Origin: Octopus sinensis | Lineage: Eukaryota | DNA: 39,641 nucleotides | Direction of reading: 5' to 3' | Assembly: GCF_006345805.1 (NCBI RefSeq) | Contig: NW_021835802.1 | Coordinates: forward strand, 1 to 39,641 | Shown here: positions 22,836 to 36,179 of the stretch, piece after piece | Layout: every line of letters begins with the position of its first letter | How positions within the stretch are numbered: the first letter of the stretch is position 1 | Program-made: the position numbers and the translations under genes | Notes under the pieces: model-generated | The model's database searches: none | Told to the model about the DNA's origin: nothing | What the model saw: the letters and a program-made list of their open reading frames with translations, nothing else

Positions 22836-23484
22836 TCTCCGTCAGTTGCGACGACGAGGGTTCCGGCTGATCACCTCAACGGCGGCGGTGGTGGTGGTGT
22901 TGGTGGTGGTGGTGTTGGTGGTGGTGGTGGAGATGGTGGTGATCGTGGTGGTAGCAGATGTGGTGGTGGTGATGGTGGTGGTCGTGGTGGTTGTGTTGGT
23001 CGTGGTGGAGATGGTGGTGGTCGTGGTGGTGGCTGATGTGGTGGTGGTGATGGTGGTGGTAGAGGTAGTAGTAGTGGTGGGGTGGGGTGATGGTGGTGGT
23101 GGAGGTGGTGCTGGTGGTTGTGGTGGTGGTGCTGGTGGTGCCGGGGGTGGCGGCGGCGGCGGCGGCGGTGGTGGTGCTTGTGGCGGTGGTGGCGGTGTTG
23201 GTGCTGGTGCTAGTGCTAGTGGTGGCGGTGGTGCTGGTGGTGCTGGTGGTGGACGTCCACAGACACGCGTACCCTTAACGTAGTTCTTAGAGACATTCAG
23301 CGTGACACAAGATGTGACAAAACTGGCTCTTTAAACTACAGGAACTATTCATTTTTATCAGCGGACTGGAATGGAGCAAGTGCAATAAAGTTCCTTTCTC
23401 AAAGACACAATGCGCTGCCGGAAATTGAACTCATGATCTTACGATCAGGAACCAAACACCCTAACTACTAAGCCACGCGCTTGC
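22836..23484 (-). mobile_element. SINE with family D head and family C 3' tail, interrupted by a (GGT)n block (22883-23255)
   Basis: Head AAGCGCGTGGCTTAGTAGTTAGGG..GAGTTCAATTTCC; from CCTGTA..AAAGAGCCAG onwards it aligns to the family C tail (GAACTACGTTAAGGGTAC.CGTGTCTGTGGA..CCTCGTCGTCGCAAC). Confidence 0.85.
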
Positions 23485-23663
23485 ACCTATAATAATCGAT
23501 AACTTCTTGTAAAACAGGCTTACTTAATGTGCCTTGCTTTACCAACTCTAACGTAGCCGGTGAGAATTTGGTTGAATTCATTAACACTTGGTGGATCTCA
23601 ACTTCAATATTTGTGTTGGCAACTGCGACGCTGTTTGTCATTGCTGGATATTCGGTTATTAAA

Positions 23664-23835
23664 TGCTCTTTTACTCTTTACTTTTTTACTTGTTTCAGTC
23701 ATTTGACTGCGACCATGCAGGAGCACCGCCTTTAGTCGAGCAAAATCGACCCCAAGACTTATTCTTTGTAAGCCTTGTACTTATTCTATCGTTCACACAA
23801 ACATACACAAACACACCAAACACACACACACACAT

Positions 23836-23872
<37 letters not shown>

Positions 23873-24045
23873 TACATATATACGACGGGCTTCTTTCAGT
23901 TTCCGTCTACCAAATCCAGTTACAAGGCTTTGGATGGCCCGAGGCTATACTAGAAGACTCTTGCCCATGGTGCCCCGCAGTGGGATTGAACCCGGAACCA
24001 TGTGGCTGGAAAGCAAGCTACTTACCACACAGCTACTCCTGCGCC
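23664..24045 (-). mobile_element. SINE family A with an internal deletion in the 3' module
   Basis: Reverse complement from the tail to CTACTCCTGCGCC. Confidence 0.9.
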
Positions 24046-25140
24046 TATAAACAAATGTGTACGCAACGGATAAATTCGGAGCATAATTTATATTGAACTG
24101 TATCTCAAAAGCATGGTTGTACAACGTTGCAAACGATTCGCTGTGCATAGCGTTATACCAGGTTTTGTACCAAATATTTTGAAGACTGGCTCATAGTCAG
24201 TTTGAAAAATCAACATTCTACCATATATCAAGCGATTAAAGTGCCAATGCTTCCTTTTCTATTTGTGAATATTTCTTTTCAATATTTGATAGACTCTTAG
24301 CAGCATGTATAACTTGCTGATATAACTTATCAACGATTTTATGCAAGTGTACTGCTGCTATTCCATAATCTCAGGCATCTATAGCAACGATAAGTTCCTT
24401 GCTTCAATCAAAGAGAATCAATATCAGATCAGTTGATAATATTTGTTTGTAATTCTCGAATGATTCTTGACATTGCGGAGACCAATCCCATTTTGCGTTG
24501 CTAACAAATGAGTTTAGTAACCTACTTATTCGATGCATGTAAGGTATTAATGAGCTGTAATAACTAACCATTCCTAAAAAAAAAGAACGTAGTTTAGTTA
24601 TATCTGTGGGTTGTGGTAAATACTTGACAATTGCCGGGGTTTTTTTTTCAGGATCTTTATTCACGACAAATCGCAAATATGCTTATTAAGGAAGAAAAAA
24701 ATGACCGTTAATCTGGTTTCAGACTAAGACCATATTTATTAATTCGTTTAAAGAGATTACTTAAAGGTTCTTTGTGTTCAGTTTCAGTTGACGATGCCAT
24801 GATAACGCCATCGCATTACACAAAGGCTTACGAAAAATCTGCAAGCATGATATCCATTAGCTGTTGCAAAATCCCCGATTTGCTCTCAATGGTAATTTGT
24901 TGTATTGATATAATCCTTTTGATGTATCACCTACAGCTATTTGCAAATATGTTTCTGCTACGTCAAGTTTATAAAATCACTACCACCACCATCACCACTA
25001 TTTCATTTTGCAAATAAGTCTTCGGGTACAGATACTGGATGGCAATGTAGATCTAATGAATGATTAAGCCCCACAGAGAAATCAGTACCTATACGCCATT
25101 TGATTTCTTTTCTTTTGATTTTCCTTTGATATTACGGTCA
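24046..25140 (-). pseudogene. Gypsy RT and RNase H relic
   Basis: KKSNG..PVSVPEDLFAK..KLDVAETYLQI..GLYQYNKLP..QQLMDIML..KLRSFFLGMVSYY..WDWSPQCQESFE..DA*DYGI..YSQIEKEALA..ANRLQR. Confidence 0.9.
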
Positions 25141-25142
25141 AA

Positions 25143-25950
25143 TTTAGCTGGTGATCGAGCAGAATCGTTAGTATACTGAACAAAATGCTTAGCGATATTT
25201 CGTCTGCCGTTACGTTTAAATTCCGCCGAGGTCGACTTTGCCTTTCATCCTTTCGGGGTCGATTAAATAAGTACCAGTTACGCACTGGGGTAGTTATAAT
25301 CGACTTAATCCCTTTGTCTGTCCTTGTTTGTCCTCTCTGTGTTTAGCCCCTTGTGGGTAATAAAGAAATAGGTATTTCGTCTGCGATTATGTTCTGAGTT
25401 GAAATTCCACCGAGGTAGACTTTGCCTTTCATCCTTTCGGGTTCGATTAAATAAGTACCAGTTACGCACTGGAGTCGATATAATCGACTTAATCCGTTTG
25501 TCTGTCTTTGTTTGTCCCCTCTGAGTTTAGCCCCTTCTGGGTAGTAAAGAAATAGGTATTTCGTCCGTCTTTATGTTCTGGTTCAAAAGCCAACGGGGTC
25601 GACTTTGCCTTTCATCCTTTCGGAGTCGATAAAATAAATTCCAGTTGAGTACTGGGGTCGATTTAATCAGTTTAGCCCCTTCCTCGACAGTGATGGCCTT
25701 TTTACCAAAATTTGAAACCGACATTATATTCAAATTTCGCCGTCTAGCTGGCAGAATCGTTAACACGCAGGGCAAAATTCTTAAGGGAATTTTGTCCATT
25801 TACGTATAAATGCCATCGGGGTCGACTTTACCTTTCAGCTTTTAGGATTCGATAAAGATCGTACCGGTTGAATTCTGGCGTCGATTTCATCGATTTAGAC
25901 CCAGCTCCGAGATTGCTGGTATTGTCCCAAAATTTGAGACCGATATTACT
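25143..25950 (+). mobile_element. SINE-B head plus two bodies plus a third B2-type body (to ~25725), followed by a separate diverged B2 copy (25741-25950)
   Basis: AAATAGGTATTTCGTC junctions at 25371 and 25555 (184 bp apart); B2 ends CAAAATTTGA(A/G)ACCGA. Confidence 0.88.
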
Positions 25951-26125
25951 TCCTAATTTCCTAATCTATCCAACTCATTTTCAACTAAAGCGCAAGAGGC
26001 ATAATGTACTCGGCGTTTCGGCTTTAAAACAGCTCTGGTATTGGGTTTAAGATACAAAGATGAAGTAGATTTTGTGCATTATCCTAAGTCAACTTCAAAA
26101 ATTTATTCAAATTCTCGCTCACTTG

Positions 26126-26353
26126 TACTCTTTTACTCTTTTACTTGTTTCAGTCATTTGACTGTGGCCATGCTGGAGCACCGCTTTTAGTCGAGCAGAT
26201 CGAACCCAGGACTTATTCTTTGTAATCCTAGTTCTTATTGTACAGGTATTTTTTGCCGAAGCGCTAAGTTACGGGGACATAAACACACCAGCATCTGTTG
26301 TCAAGCGGTGTTGGGGGGACAATCACAGACACAGAAACATATACACACACATA

Positions 26354-26386
<33 letters not shown>

Positions 26387-26397
26387 CACACACACAC

Positions 26398-26471
<74 letters not shown>

Positions 26472-26524
26472 TATATATACATATATATATACACATACAT
26501 ATACATACGACGGCTGCAAACCCA
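26126..26524 (-). mobile_element. SINE family A, 3' half plus expanded (CA)n(TA)n, headless
   Basis: Tail at 26126; homology stops at CGACGGCT just past the microsatellite. Confidence 0.88.
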
Positions 26525-26539
26525 ATGGCAACAACCAGC

Positions 26540-27448
26540 ATACGCCACTGAACACTACCCATATTTATGTCGATAATTCTGACATTTGGAACATATTTTA
26601 TTCTTTTAAGGACAATAATCTGCGTAGTGCCACTCAATACAGTCCACCCATACTGTTGGAGGGCATCGCTGAGATCTCGTAGATACACAATCGGATTTAG
26701 AATTCTGTGAATCCCAGATTTGTGCCTTTGCGGTAACTATTTCATTTCATGGGAAAACTTGTATCATTTGAGTATCATACTTAATATTAACTAGTCGGTG
26801 ACACTTATTCATTAGTTGTAGTAAGGTATTGTCATCCGATGTGTCCAATATATAGGCCATGAATTCGTATATTATCATAGGTTACTGAGGCCAGGTCAGA
26901 TGAAAAAATTTGATTCTTAAATCACCCATCAGCCATTTTCCCTCCTTTAAAGTTTTCAATTCTTTGTTTATACGCCTAGCATTCGTAATAGCATTTTCTC
27001 CGGGACGTTTTTTTCTAATTTCAAATATTTATATCTGTTGGTAAACAGTAAAGATGTTTCTTCAAACACGTTTATAAGTTGGTCAACCGTAGTTTAAATT
27101 CAAATTCTTTGAATTCTTTGAATTCAATAATACCTAATTTTCACAATGTTAGTCTTACCTTACTTAAAATCATTTAGTTCTAACATTTCAGAATGACAAA
27201 GAACCTGATAACGGTTATGCGATGATGTAAAAGTTCGTTCTGTTCGTTGTATTCAAAGATAGGAAGCTTGTCAAAATTTTTGAAGTGATGTTGCTTTGAT
27301 TGTTGATCGATATAGTAGGATGCGACTGTTTAAGCTTGCAAGCTAAAGCTGTTAAAATATCCATTTGCTGCTTAACACTTTGTTTTTGCATTTCTACGGA
27401 TTTTTGTTGCATGCACAACAAGTTAATGACATCTGCAGTACCATCCAT
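26540..27448 (-). pseudogene. Gypsy gag relic
   Basis: ATG 5 nt after the PBS; Gln-rich N-terminus (QQKSVEMQKQSVKQQM), ETSLLFTNRYKYL, LLQLMNKCHRLVNIKYDT, and Cys/His knuckle CTEWHYADYCP*KNKICSKCQNYRH. Confidence 0.8.
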
Positions 27449-27452
27449 TTTT

Positions 27453-27465
27453 ATCCTCGTCGCCA
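27453..27465 (-). promoter_or_regulatory. Primer-binding site TGGCGACGAGGAT, complementary to the tRNA-Ser(GCU) 3' end
   Basis: Lies 5 nt inside the LTR end; metazoan tRNA-Ser(GCU) ends ..CCTCGTCG-CCA (from memory, not searched). Confidence 0.8.
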
Positions 27466-27470
27466 AATAG

Positions 27471-27837
27471 TGTTATAGCGTAGGAACGAACAATGATATT
27501 CAGCTCAGATAATGATTATATAAATGAACGAAAAAATACTGCAATAATCCCAAAACAAAATGGAAAATGGTAAAAATGTTATTTCAATTGTACACGATGT
27601 AAATGAATAAAAATGTACTAAAAGCAAGCGTCGCGCGATGAAAATTAATAAATCTAGAAAATGAGTCTATGTATAAAAATATGTCGCCTGATAAAGTCAA
27701 TGAAATATCACACGATTGGATGAACAAGCCTAAGCTAAAAGATAAACGATGTGGGAGTAGGAAAACGTCATGTGATAGAATCGTGTCACATGATTGGCTG
27801 GATAAAATAAACAATTTATAAAAGGTGCTTTATGACA
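27471..27837 (-). mobile_element. Gypsy 5' LTR (~367 bp)
   Basis: Minus strand begins TGTCATA and ends TATAACA (TG..CA, 6/7 inverted termini), directly followed by PBS and gag. Confidence 0.75.
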
Positions 27838-27872
27838 AGATAAGTCGGGTTGTCTCGAAAATAACGAATATA

Positions 27873-28281
27873 GGCGCAGGAGTGGCTGTGTGGTAAGTAG
27901 CTTGCTTACCAACCACATGATTCCTGGTTCAGTCCCACTGCATGGCACCTTGGGCAAGTATCTTCTGCTAAAGCCCCCAGCCGACCAATGCCATGTGAGT
28001 GGAATTAGTGGACGGAAACTGAAAGAAGCCTGTCGTATATATGTATATATATATGTATGTGTGTATTTGTTTGTGTGTCTCTGTTTGTCCCCCTAGCATT
28101 GCTTGACAACCGATGCTGGTGTGTTTACGTCCCCGTCACTTAGCGGTTCGGCAAAAGAGACCGATAGAATAAGTACTGGGCTTACAAAGAATAAGTCCCG
28201 GGGTTGATTTGCTCGACTAAAGGCGGTGCTCCAGCATGGCCGCAGTCAAATGACTGAAACAAGTAAAAGAGTAAAAGAGTA
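27873..28281 (+). mobile_element. SINE family A, full length
   Basis: End-to-end match to the family consensus. Confidence 0.93.
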
Positions 28282-28284
28282 TAA

Positions 28285-28485
28285 TAATGATTTCAAATTT
28301 TGGCGCAAGGTTAGAAACTTCGGGGCAGGGATTGAGTCGATTACATAGACCCTAACGCTCAACTGGTAGTTATTTTATCGACCATAAATGGATAACAGGT
28401 GGAATTTGAAGTCAGAACGTCAAGACGGACGAAATGCAGTCAAGCATTTTGTGAGGTGTGTAAACGATTCCGCCCGCACGCAGCC
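28285..28485 (-). mobile_element. Old B2-type SINE, diverged
   Basis: TTTCAAATTTTGGC..AGTCGATTACATAGACC..AACTGGTAGTTATTTTATCGACC..GGAATTTGAAGTCAGAACG. Confidence 0.7.
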
Positions 28486-28489
28486 ATAA

Positions 28490-30650
<2,161 letters not shown>

Positions 30651-30729
30651 GAGCATTATGGCTGTGAAAATAACATCCATTCATGAATTTATTTATTTAT
30701 TAATTTTTTTGAATACATATTTTACCTGT

Positions 30730-31106
30730 GAATTTGCATGTGTAATCTGAGAGTGCGTACAATGAGCTTCTCTGCCCTAGTTGTACGGAAAACACAGGGC
30801 GAGAAATGGAACCGAAAATTATATGAGAATGATCCCTGGCTTACCATCCCTGCAAGAAGTGCAAAAGATTGTCTTAACTGGTACATCACACGTATTGAGA
30901 AGAGCATTGACGCTGTGAGAACTATTACTACCCATGTATTTTAATTTAACTTAAAAAAAAACGAACGAACTATTGAGTTTATTTTAATGGCCTACCAATG
31001 TATACTATGAGTTTCTTTGTCCTAGGAGTCGGGAAGACACTCGGCAAGAAATAGAAGCAAATTTGAAAGAAGAAAAAAAAAGTAATAATAATAATAATAA
31101 TAATAA
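30730..31106 (+). mobile_element. 3' end of a second RLE-type LINE family with 3' UTR and (TAA)n tail
   Basis: ..GTENYMRMIPGLPSLQEVQKIVLTGTSHVLRRALTL* resembles the C-terminus of R4-like ORFs; ends in A-run plus (TAA)n at ~31075-31106. Confidence 0.7.
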
Positions 31107-31115
31107 TTTTCTTTA

Positions 31116-31212
31116 CTCTCGGCAAGAGTCTTGAAATTTGTAGGGAGGGTACTCCAGTGATTAACTGGTCCTTATTTTATTGACCTCGAAAGGATAAAAG
31201 GCAAAGTCGAGG
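31116..31212 (-). mobile_element. B2-type SINE fragment
   Basis: TTATTTTATTGACCTCGAAAGGATAAAAGGCAAAGTCGAGG is the family B core. Confidence 0.7.
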
Positions 31213-31269
31213 TCACTTCATCATGCAAACTATAATTTTGATCATCAGCTTTCTTTATTCTACTTTTAC

Positions 31270-31448
31270 AGCTACTACGAGCACCACCTTCTTCAACAAC
31301 ACCACCACAAACACCACAAACACACTACAACGCCACTGCTATTACTACTACTAGAAGTAATATTACTACTAACACTACCACCACCAACACTGATACAAAC
31401 ACAAACACCACTACCACTACTACTACGCATTTTAAATGTTATTTTCAA

Positions 31449-31482
<34 letters not shown>

Positions 31483-31860
31483 GTCGTTATTGTTATTATT
31501 GTTGTTGTTATTATTATTATTATCGTCATTGTTATTGTTATTATTATTATTATTATTATTGTTCTTGTTGTCGTTGTTATTATTATTATTAACATTATTA
31601 TTTTTTTGTTGTTATTGTTATTATTATTATTATTGTTGTTGTTGTTGTTCTTGTTGTTGTTCTTGTTGTTGTTATTATTATTATTATTATTATGAACATT
31701 ATTATTATTTTTGTTGTTATTGTTTTTATTGTAATTATTATTATTATTAATATTATTATTATTATTATTATTATTATTGTTTTTTTTGTTATTATTATTA
31801 GTAGTAGTAGTAATAGTAGTGTTAGTATTAGTATTATTATTATTATTGTTGATGTTACTG
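31270..31860. repeat. (CAC)/(CTA)/(ATT)/(GTT) compound trinucleotide field
   Basis: Visible simple repeats. Confidence 0.92.
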
Positions 31861-32269
31861 TTGATGTGCTTCTTTCCTAGATATTCTTGTAGATGCTATG
31901 GCTGTTTTTAATGAAGTCAGGAGGTCTTCCGCTACGAAATAAAACTATAAAGACAAACCGGATTAATTAGGTGGAAGCCATTGTCATTCATGGTGTCGCT
32001 GATGCTGCTGAGACTACTGCTGCTACTGGTGATCATGCATATGAATGAGTGTGGCGTGGGTAGCAGTGTTGTTGGTGTTGTTCTACGATGTAGTGAAGAT
32101 GGTGACGAGAGCGTTGGTAGTGACGATATTGAAGTTGACGACAAGGCTGGTGACGCTGATAAAAGTCGTCTTGGAATTCAATGGAGAGGCTGTTGACAAT
32201 GCTGGCAAGGAATTTTGACAGCGATAGGGAAGAGAAAGTGGAGGACGACGATAAGGATGTTGGCGATAT

Positions 32270-32270
32270 G

Positions 32271-32341
<71 letters not shown>

Positions 32342-33170
32342 GTGATGATAGTCTTGTTGATGATGATGATGATGATGGTGATGATGGTGATGATGATGAT
32401 GATGGTGGTGATGATAGTGTTGTTGTTGATGATGATGGGTATGATGATTATGATGAAGATGATGTTGGTGATGATGATGATGGTGATGATGATCATGATG
32501 ATGATCATGATAGTGTTGTTGATGACGATGATGATGATGGTGGTGGTGGTTGTGGTGATGATGATGGTGATGATAATGGTGATGATGATGATGATGATGA
32601 TGGTGGTGATGATGATGATGAGGATAATGATGTGGATGATGATGATGAAAATTGTAGTGGTGATGATGAGTGTGATAATAATGACGATGATGACGACAGT
32701 GATGACGATGAGGATAATGATAATAATAATGATGATGATGGAGACGACGGCAATGACGATGATGATGATGATGATGATGAAGATTGTAGTAATGCTGTTG
32801 GAGTGATGATGATTATGATGATGATGACGATGATGATGATCATCATCATACTGACGATAGCTATTATGACGACGATGATGATGATGATTATAACGATGAT
32901 GCTGATGTTGTTGACGAATGGTGATAATGAAGATGATAATGAGTAGGTGTGGGAGACGGAAGAGTTTGGAGGAGGCAGAAAGGAGGAGCTAGTGGAAGAG
33001 ATGATAGCAGAAGATGATGTCGAAGAAGTTGATGAAACTCATTTTGGACGAGAAGGCAGAGGACCGGTGGAGAAGGAGGAGGAGTAGCAATAGGAGGAGG
33101 AAGAGGAGGTGGTAGTGACGGCGATGATGATAATGCTGATGGTGATGATGTCAACGATAACGTCGATGAA
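32270..33170. repeat. (GAT)n field grading into a GAG-rich tract
   Basis: Visible; the source of the poly-D/poly-M ORFs. Confidence 0.93.
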
Positions 33171-33365
33171 TTAATCGTTAATTCTGCGAATGTTTTGTGT
33201 TATTCGATATCCTTTTTTTGTGTTTTTTTCATTTATATTGTTTATATATTTTCCTTTATATTGTTTTTTTTACCTTAATATAATAGCTTCACAATTGTTT
33301 TCTCTCGCCTTCCTGTTACAAATGTTGTTCAAAATTATAAACCAACAAATAAATTTAAAACAAAC

Positions 33366-33867
33366 GGCGCGCAGGAGTGGCTGTGTGGTAAGTAGCTTGC
33401 TTACCAACCACATGGTTCCGGGTTCAGTCCCACTGCGTGGCACCTTGGTTAAGTGTCTACTACTATAGCCTCAGGCCGACCAAAGCCTTGTGAATGGATT
33501 TGGTAGACGGAAATTGGAAGAAGCCCAACGTATATATGTATATATATGTATGTGTGTATATGTATGTGTGTAGACATACATATATGTATGTGTGTAGATG
33601 GAAACTGAAAGAAGCCTGTTGTATATATGTATATATATATGTGTGTGTGTATATGTTTGTGTGTCTGTGTTTGACCCCCTAGCATTGCTTGACAACCGAT
33701 GCTGGTGTTTTTGCGTCCCCGTCACTTAGCGGTTCGGCAAAAGAGACCGATAGAATAAGTACTGGGCTTACAAAGAATAAGTCCCGAGGTCGATTTGCTT
33801 GACTAAAGGCCGTGCTCCAGCATGGCCGCAGTCAAATGACTGAAACAAGTAAAAGAGTAAAGAGTAA
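33366..33867 (+). mobile_element. SINE family A with a duplicated head-end/microsatellite segment
   Basis: GAAGAAGCCCAACGTATA.. is followed by a second GATGGAAACTGAAAGAAGCCTGTTGTATA at ~33597. Confidence 0.92.
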
Positions 33868-33869
33868 AC

Positions 33870-34093
33870 AGTATGTTTGTGTGTCTGCGTTTGCCCCCCC
33901 CCCCCCCAACAACATTGCTTGACAACCGATGCTGGTGTGTTTACGTCCTGTAACTTAGCGGTTCAGCAAAAGAGACTGATAGAATAAGTACTAGGCTTAC
34001 AAAGAATAAGTCCTGGGGTCGATTTACTCGACTAGAAGGCGGTGTTCCAGCATGGCCGCAGTCAAATGACTGAAACAAGTAAAAGAGAGTAAA
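33870..34093 (+). mobile_element. Headless SINE-A 3' module directly after the previous copy
   Basis: Starts in the TG tract (GTATGTTTGTGTGTCTGCG) and ends GTAAAAGAGAGTAAAG. Confidence 0.88.
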
Positions 34094-35254
34094 GCGAAAG
34101 AGTGGTTTTGTTTTGAATTTTGTTTTATAAACAAAAATGGTGATCTTGATTTCATTGTTGATATTTCGTATCACGTGCTTCTCCGACACATGCGCAGTCT
34201 CATACTCTCAGACACATACCTATGCAGATAAATATATAATAGTGTTATGAAGGAGAGTATAAGATATGGTTCTGTTAACTATGATTTGCCATGGTAAATT
34301 TGTAAAACTGTTTAGTTTTCTGTGTAATAATTATGTAATTGTGGTAATAATTATCGGTATCATTACTATTCACAGTTATTTCCATATTCTTGCCCACCAG
34401 TTGAAAACGAGACTTTGGGAATAATATTTAAATATGGCTCCTGATGAACAATGTTCACGACTAGAACAACTAACGATAGATACGGTAAAACCTATTTACG
34501 GTAAAACTTATCTATGGCCTATTATGTCCAGTCTTGTGCATTCAAAAATCTCGCCAGTTCAAATAATCAGAATTACTACAGTAATATTGTTTAGATTTCT
34601 GTGTAATCATTCTATAACTTTGCCTCATGTTGGAGAATCTGAGAAAATTTCAGAATTACGTTACGTGATAAATGATTGTCTCATATCGTCAGGGGATGTA
34701 TTGGCTGTGTGGATTACCTAGCGGCCAAGAAGATGATTGGCGAAGAAGGAAATTCGTAGCTGTTTTGAAGGCACGTGACCTGGTCGAAGCCCTGTGCATG
34801 AGTATAGAAGGAAGACTTGTCCCTTTGTGTGGAAAGTTAATAGGTAAAGAGAAAAGTTGTGGATGTTATGAAGTCACACGACTACCTCGAATATCTTAGA
34901 TTAGAGTATTTTTCTGGCAATTTATCTTATCGATAAATTCAACAGGATCAAAGCAGGAAGGGGAAATTCGGCGCGACGGTGTGATTAAGGTCCAAAATCT
35001 TGAAACGAGTATCCAATGTTGAGTTTTTATTTTTCGTATTCGCCACAAGTCCTTAGTGTGCTTATTGGTTACGTTTTGTTGTTTGTAATGCTGCTGATAA
35101 TAATGATGAGGGGAGGGTGGAAATAAAGGGTGGGATGGGAATGAGGAGCGGGTGGAAATGCAGGGGATGGGGAATTGAAAAAGGTAGACAGGAAAGGACA
35201 AGTAAAGAAGGTGGAAGTGAAGGGGTAGGAAGAGGTAACAATTTGAAGTGTTAG

Positions 35255-35614
35255 GGAAAGCTGATGATGATGATGGTAATGACGATCATGACGGTGGTTG
35301 TCGTGGCTCGTTGATAATGACGACGACGACGACGATGATGTTGATGATGATGGTGATGATGATGATGATGATGATGATGACGATGATGATGGTTATGATG
35401 ATGATGACGATGGCGATAACGATGATGATGATGGTGATGATCATAATGATGATGATGAGGTTAACGATGATGATGGTTATGATGATGAGGATGAGGATGA
35501 TGATTATGACGATGATGATGGTGATGATGAGGGAGATGATGATGTCGACAGTGTTATCATTGTCGTGATAACAACGACGACAATGATGACAATGATGAAG
35601 ATGATGATGATGAT

Positions 35615-35646
<32 letters not shown>

Positions 35647-35660
35647 TGATGATGATAAAG
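35255..35660. repeat. (GAT)n/(GAC)n field
   Basis: Visible simple repeats. Confidence 0.93.
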
Positions 35661-35753
35661 AATCTATCATTGCTGACGGACTACTTCCTGTCGGTTACCG
35701 TTTAAGGAGTCTCAAATTATGAAGAAAAAAAAACAGCAGTAGCACCTCAGGGA

Positions 35754-35787
<34 letters not shown>

Positions 35788-36179
35788 CAACAACAGCAGC
35801 AACAAGAACAACAACAACAATTGTTAATTATGATAACAATAAATATGGCGTTTTTTTCAGTTATTAATCTGTTTTTTGTTTTTTATTGACATCCATGGTG
35901 GCACGTTTGCTAGGTTCCGCCATTCCATGTTTTTGTTGATGTTGGTTTTGTTATTGCTGGTGGTGTGTTTAAATTGGTGTCCCTTGTGTTGTTGTGGATG
36001 TTGTTGTTGTTGTTGTTGTTATGGGTAGAGGTAGCCGTAATGGTGGTGTTTTTTTTTTTGTTGCAGCTGTTGGCATCTTTAAATTATTCTCTTACCATTG
36101 TGGCTGTTGTTGTTATTGTTGCTGTGGCCGTTGTTAGTGTCTTCAATTTCCTCTTCTAGTTGTTTTAGTGGGTGTTGTT

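Larger units (their letters stand above)
21430..27837 (-). mobile_element. Decayed Ty3/gypsy LTR retrotransposon (5' LTR-PBS-gag-RT-RNaseH-IN), 3' LTR not found
   Basis: Collinear minus-strand domains in gypsy order, in-phase across the SINE insertions; see the component features. Confidence 0.9.

Noticed and set aside
30727-30920. Minus-strand micro-exons with good AG/GT signals (e.g. 51 nt ending CAG|GTAAAA)
   Set aside because: The plus strand encodes a recognisable RLE-LINE C-terminus, so the splice signals are probably incidental.
32215-32946. Poly-Asp ORF resembling an acidic biomineral protein (also 35298-35705)
   Set aside because: Pure (GAT)n is open in several frames, has a non-ATG start and no signal peptide; a microsatellite is the simpler explanation.
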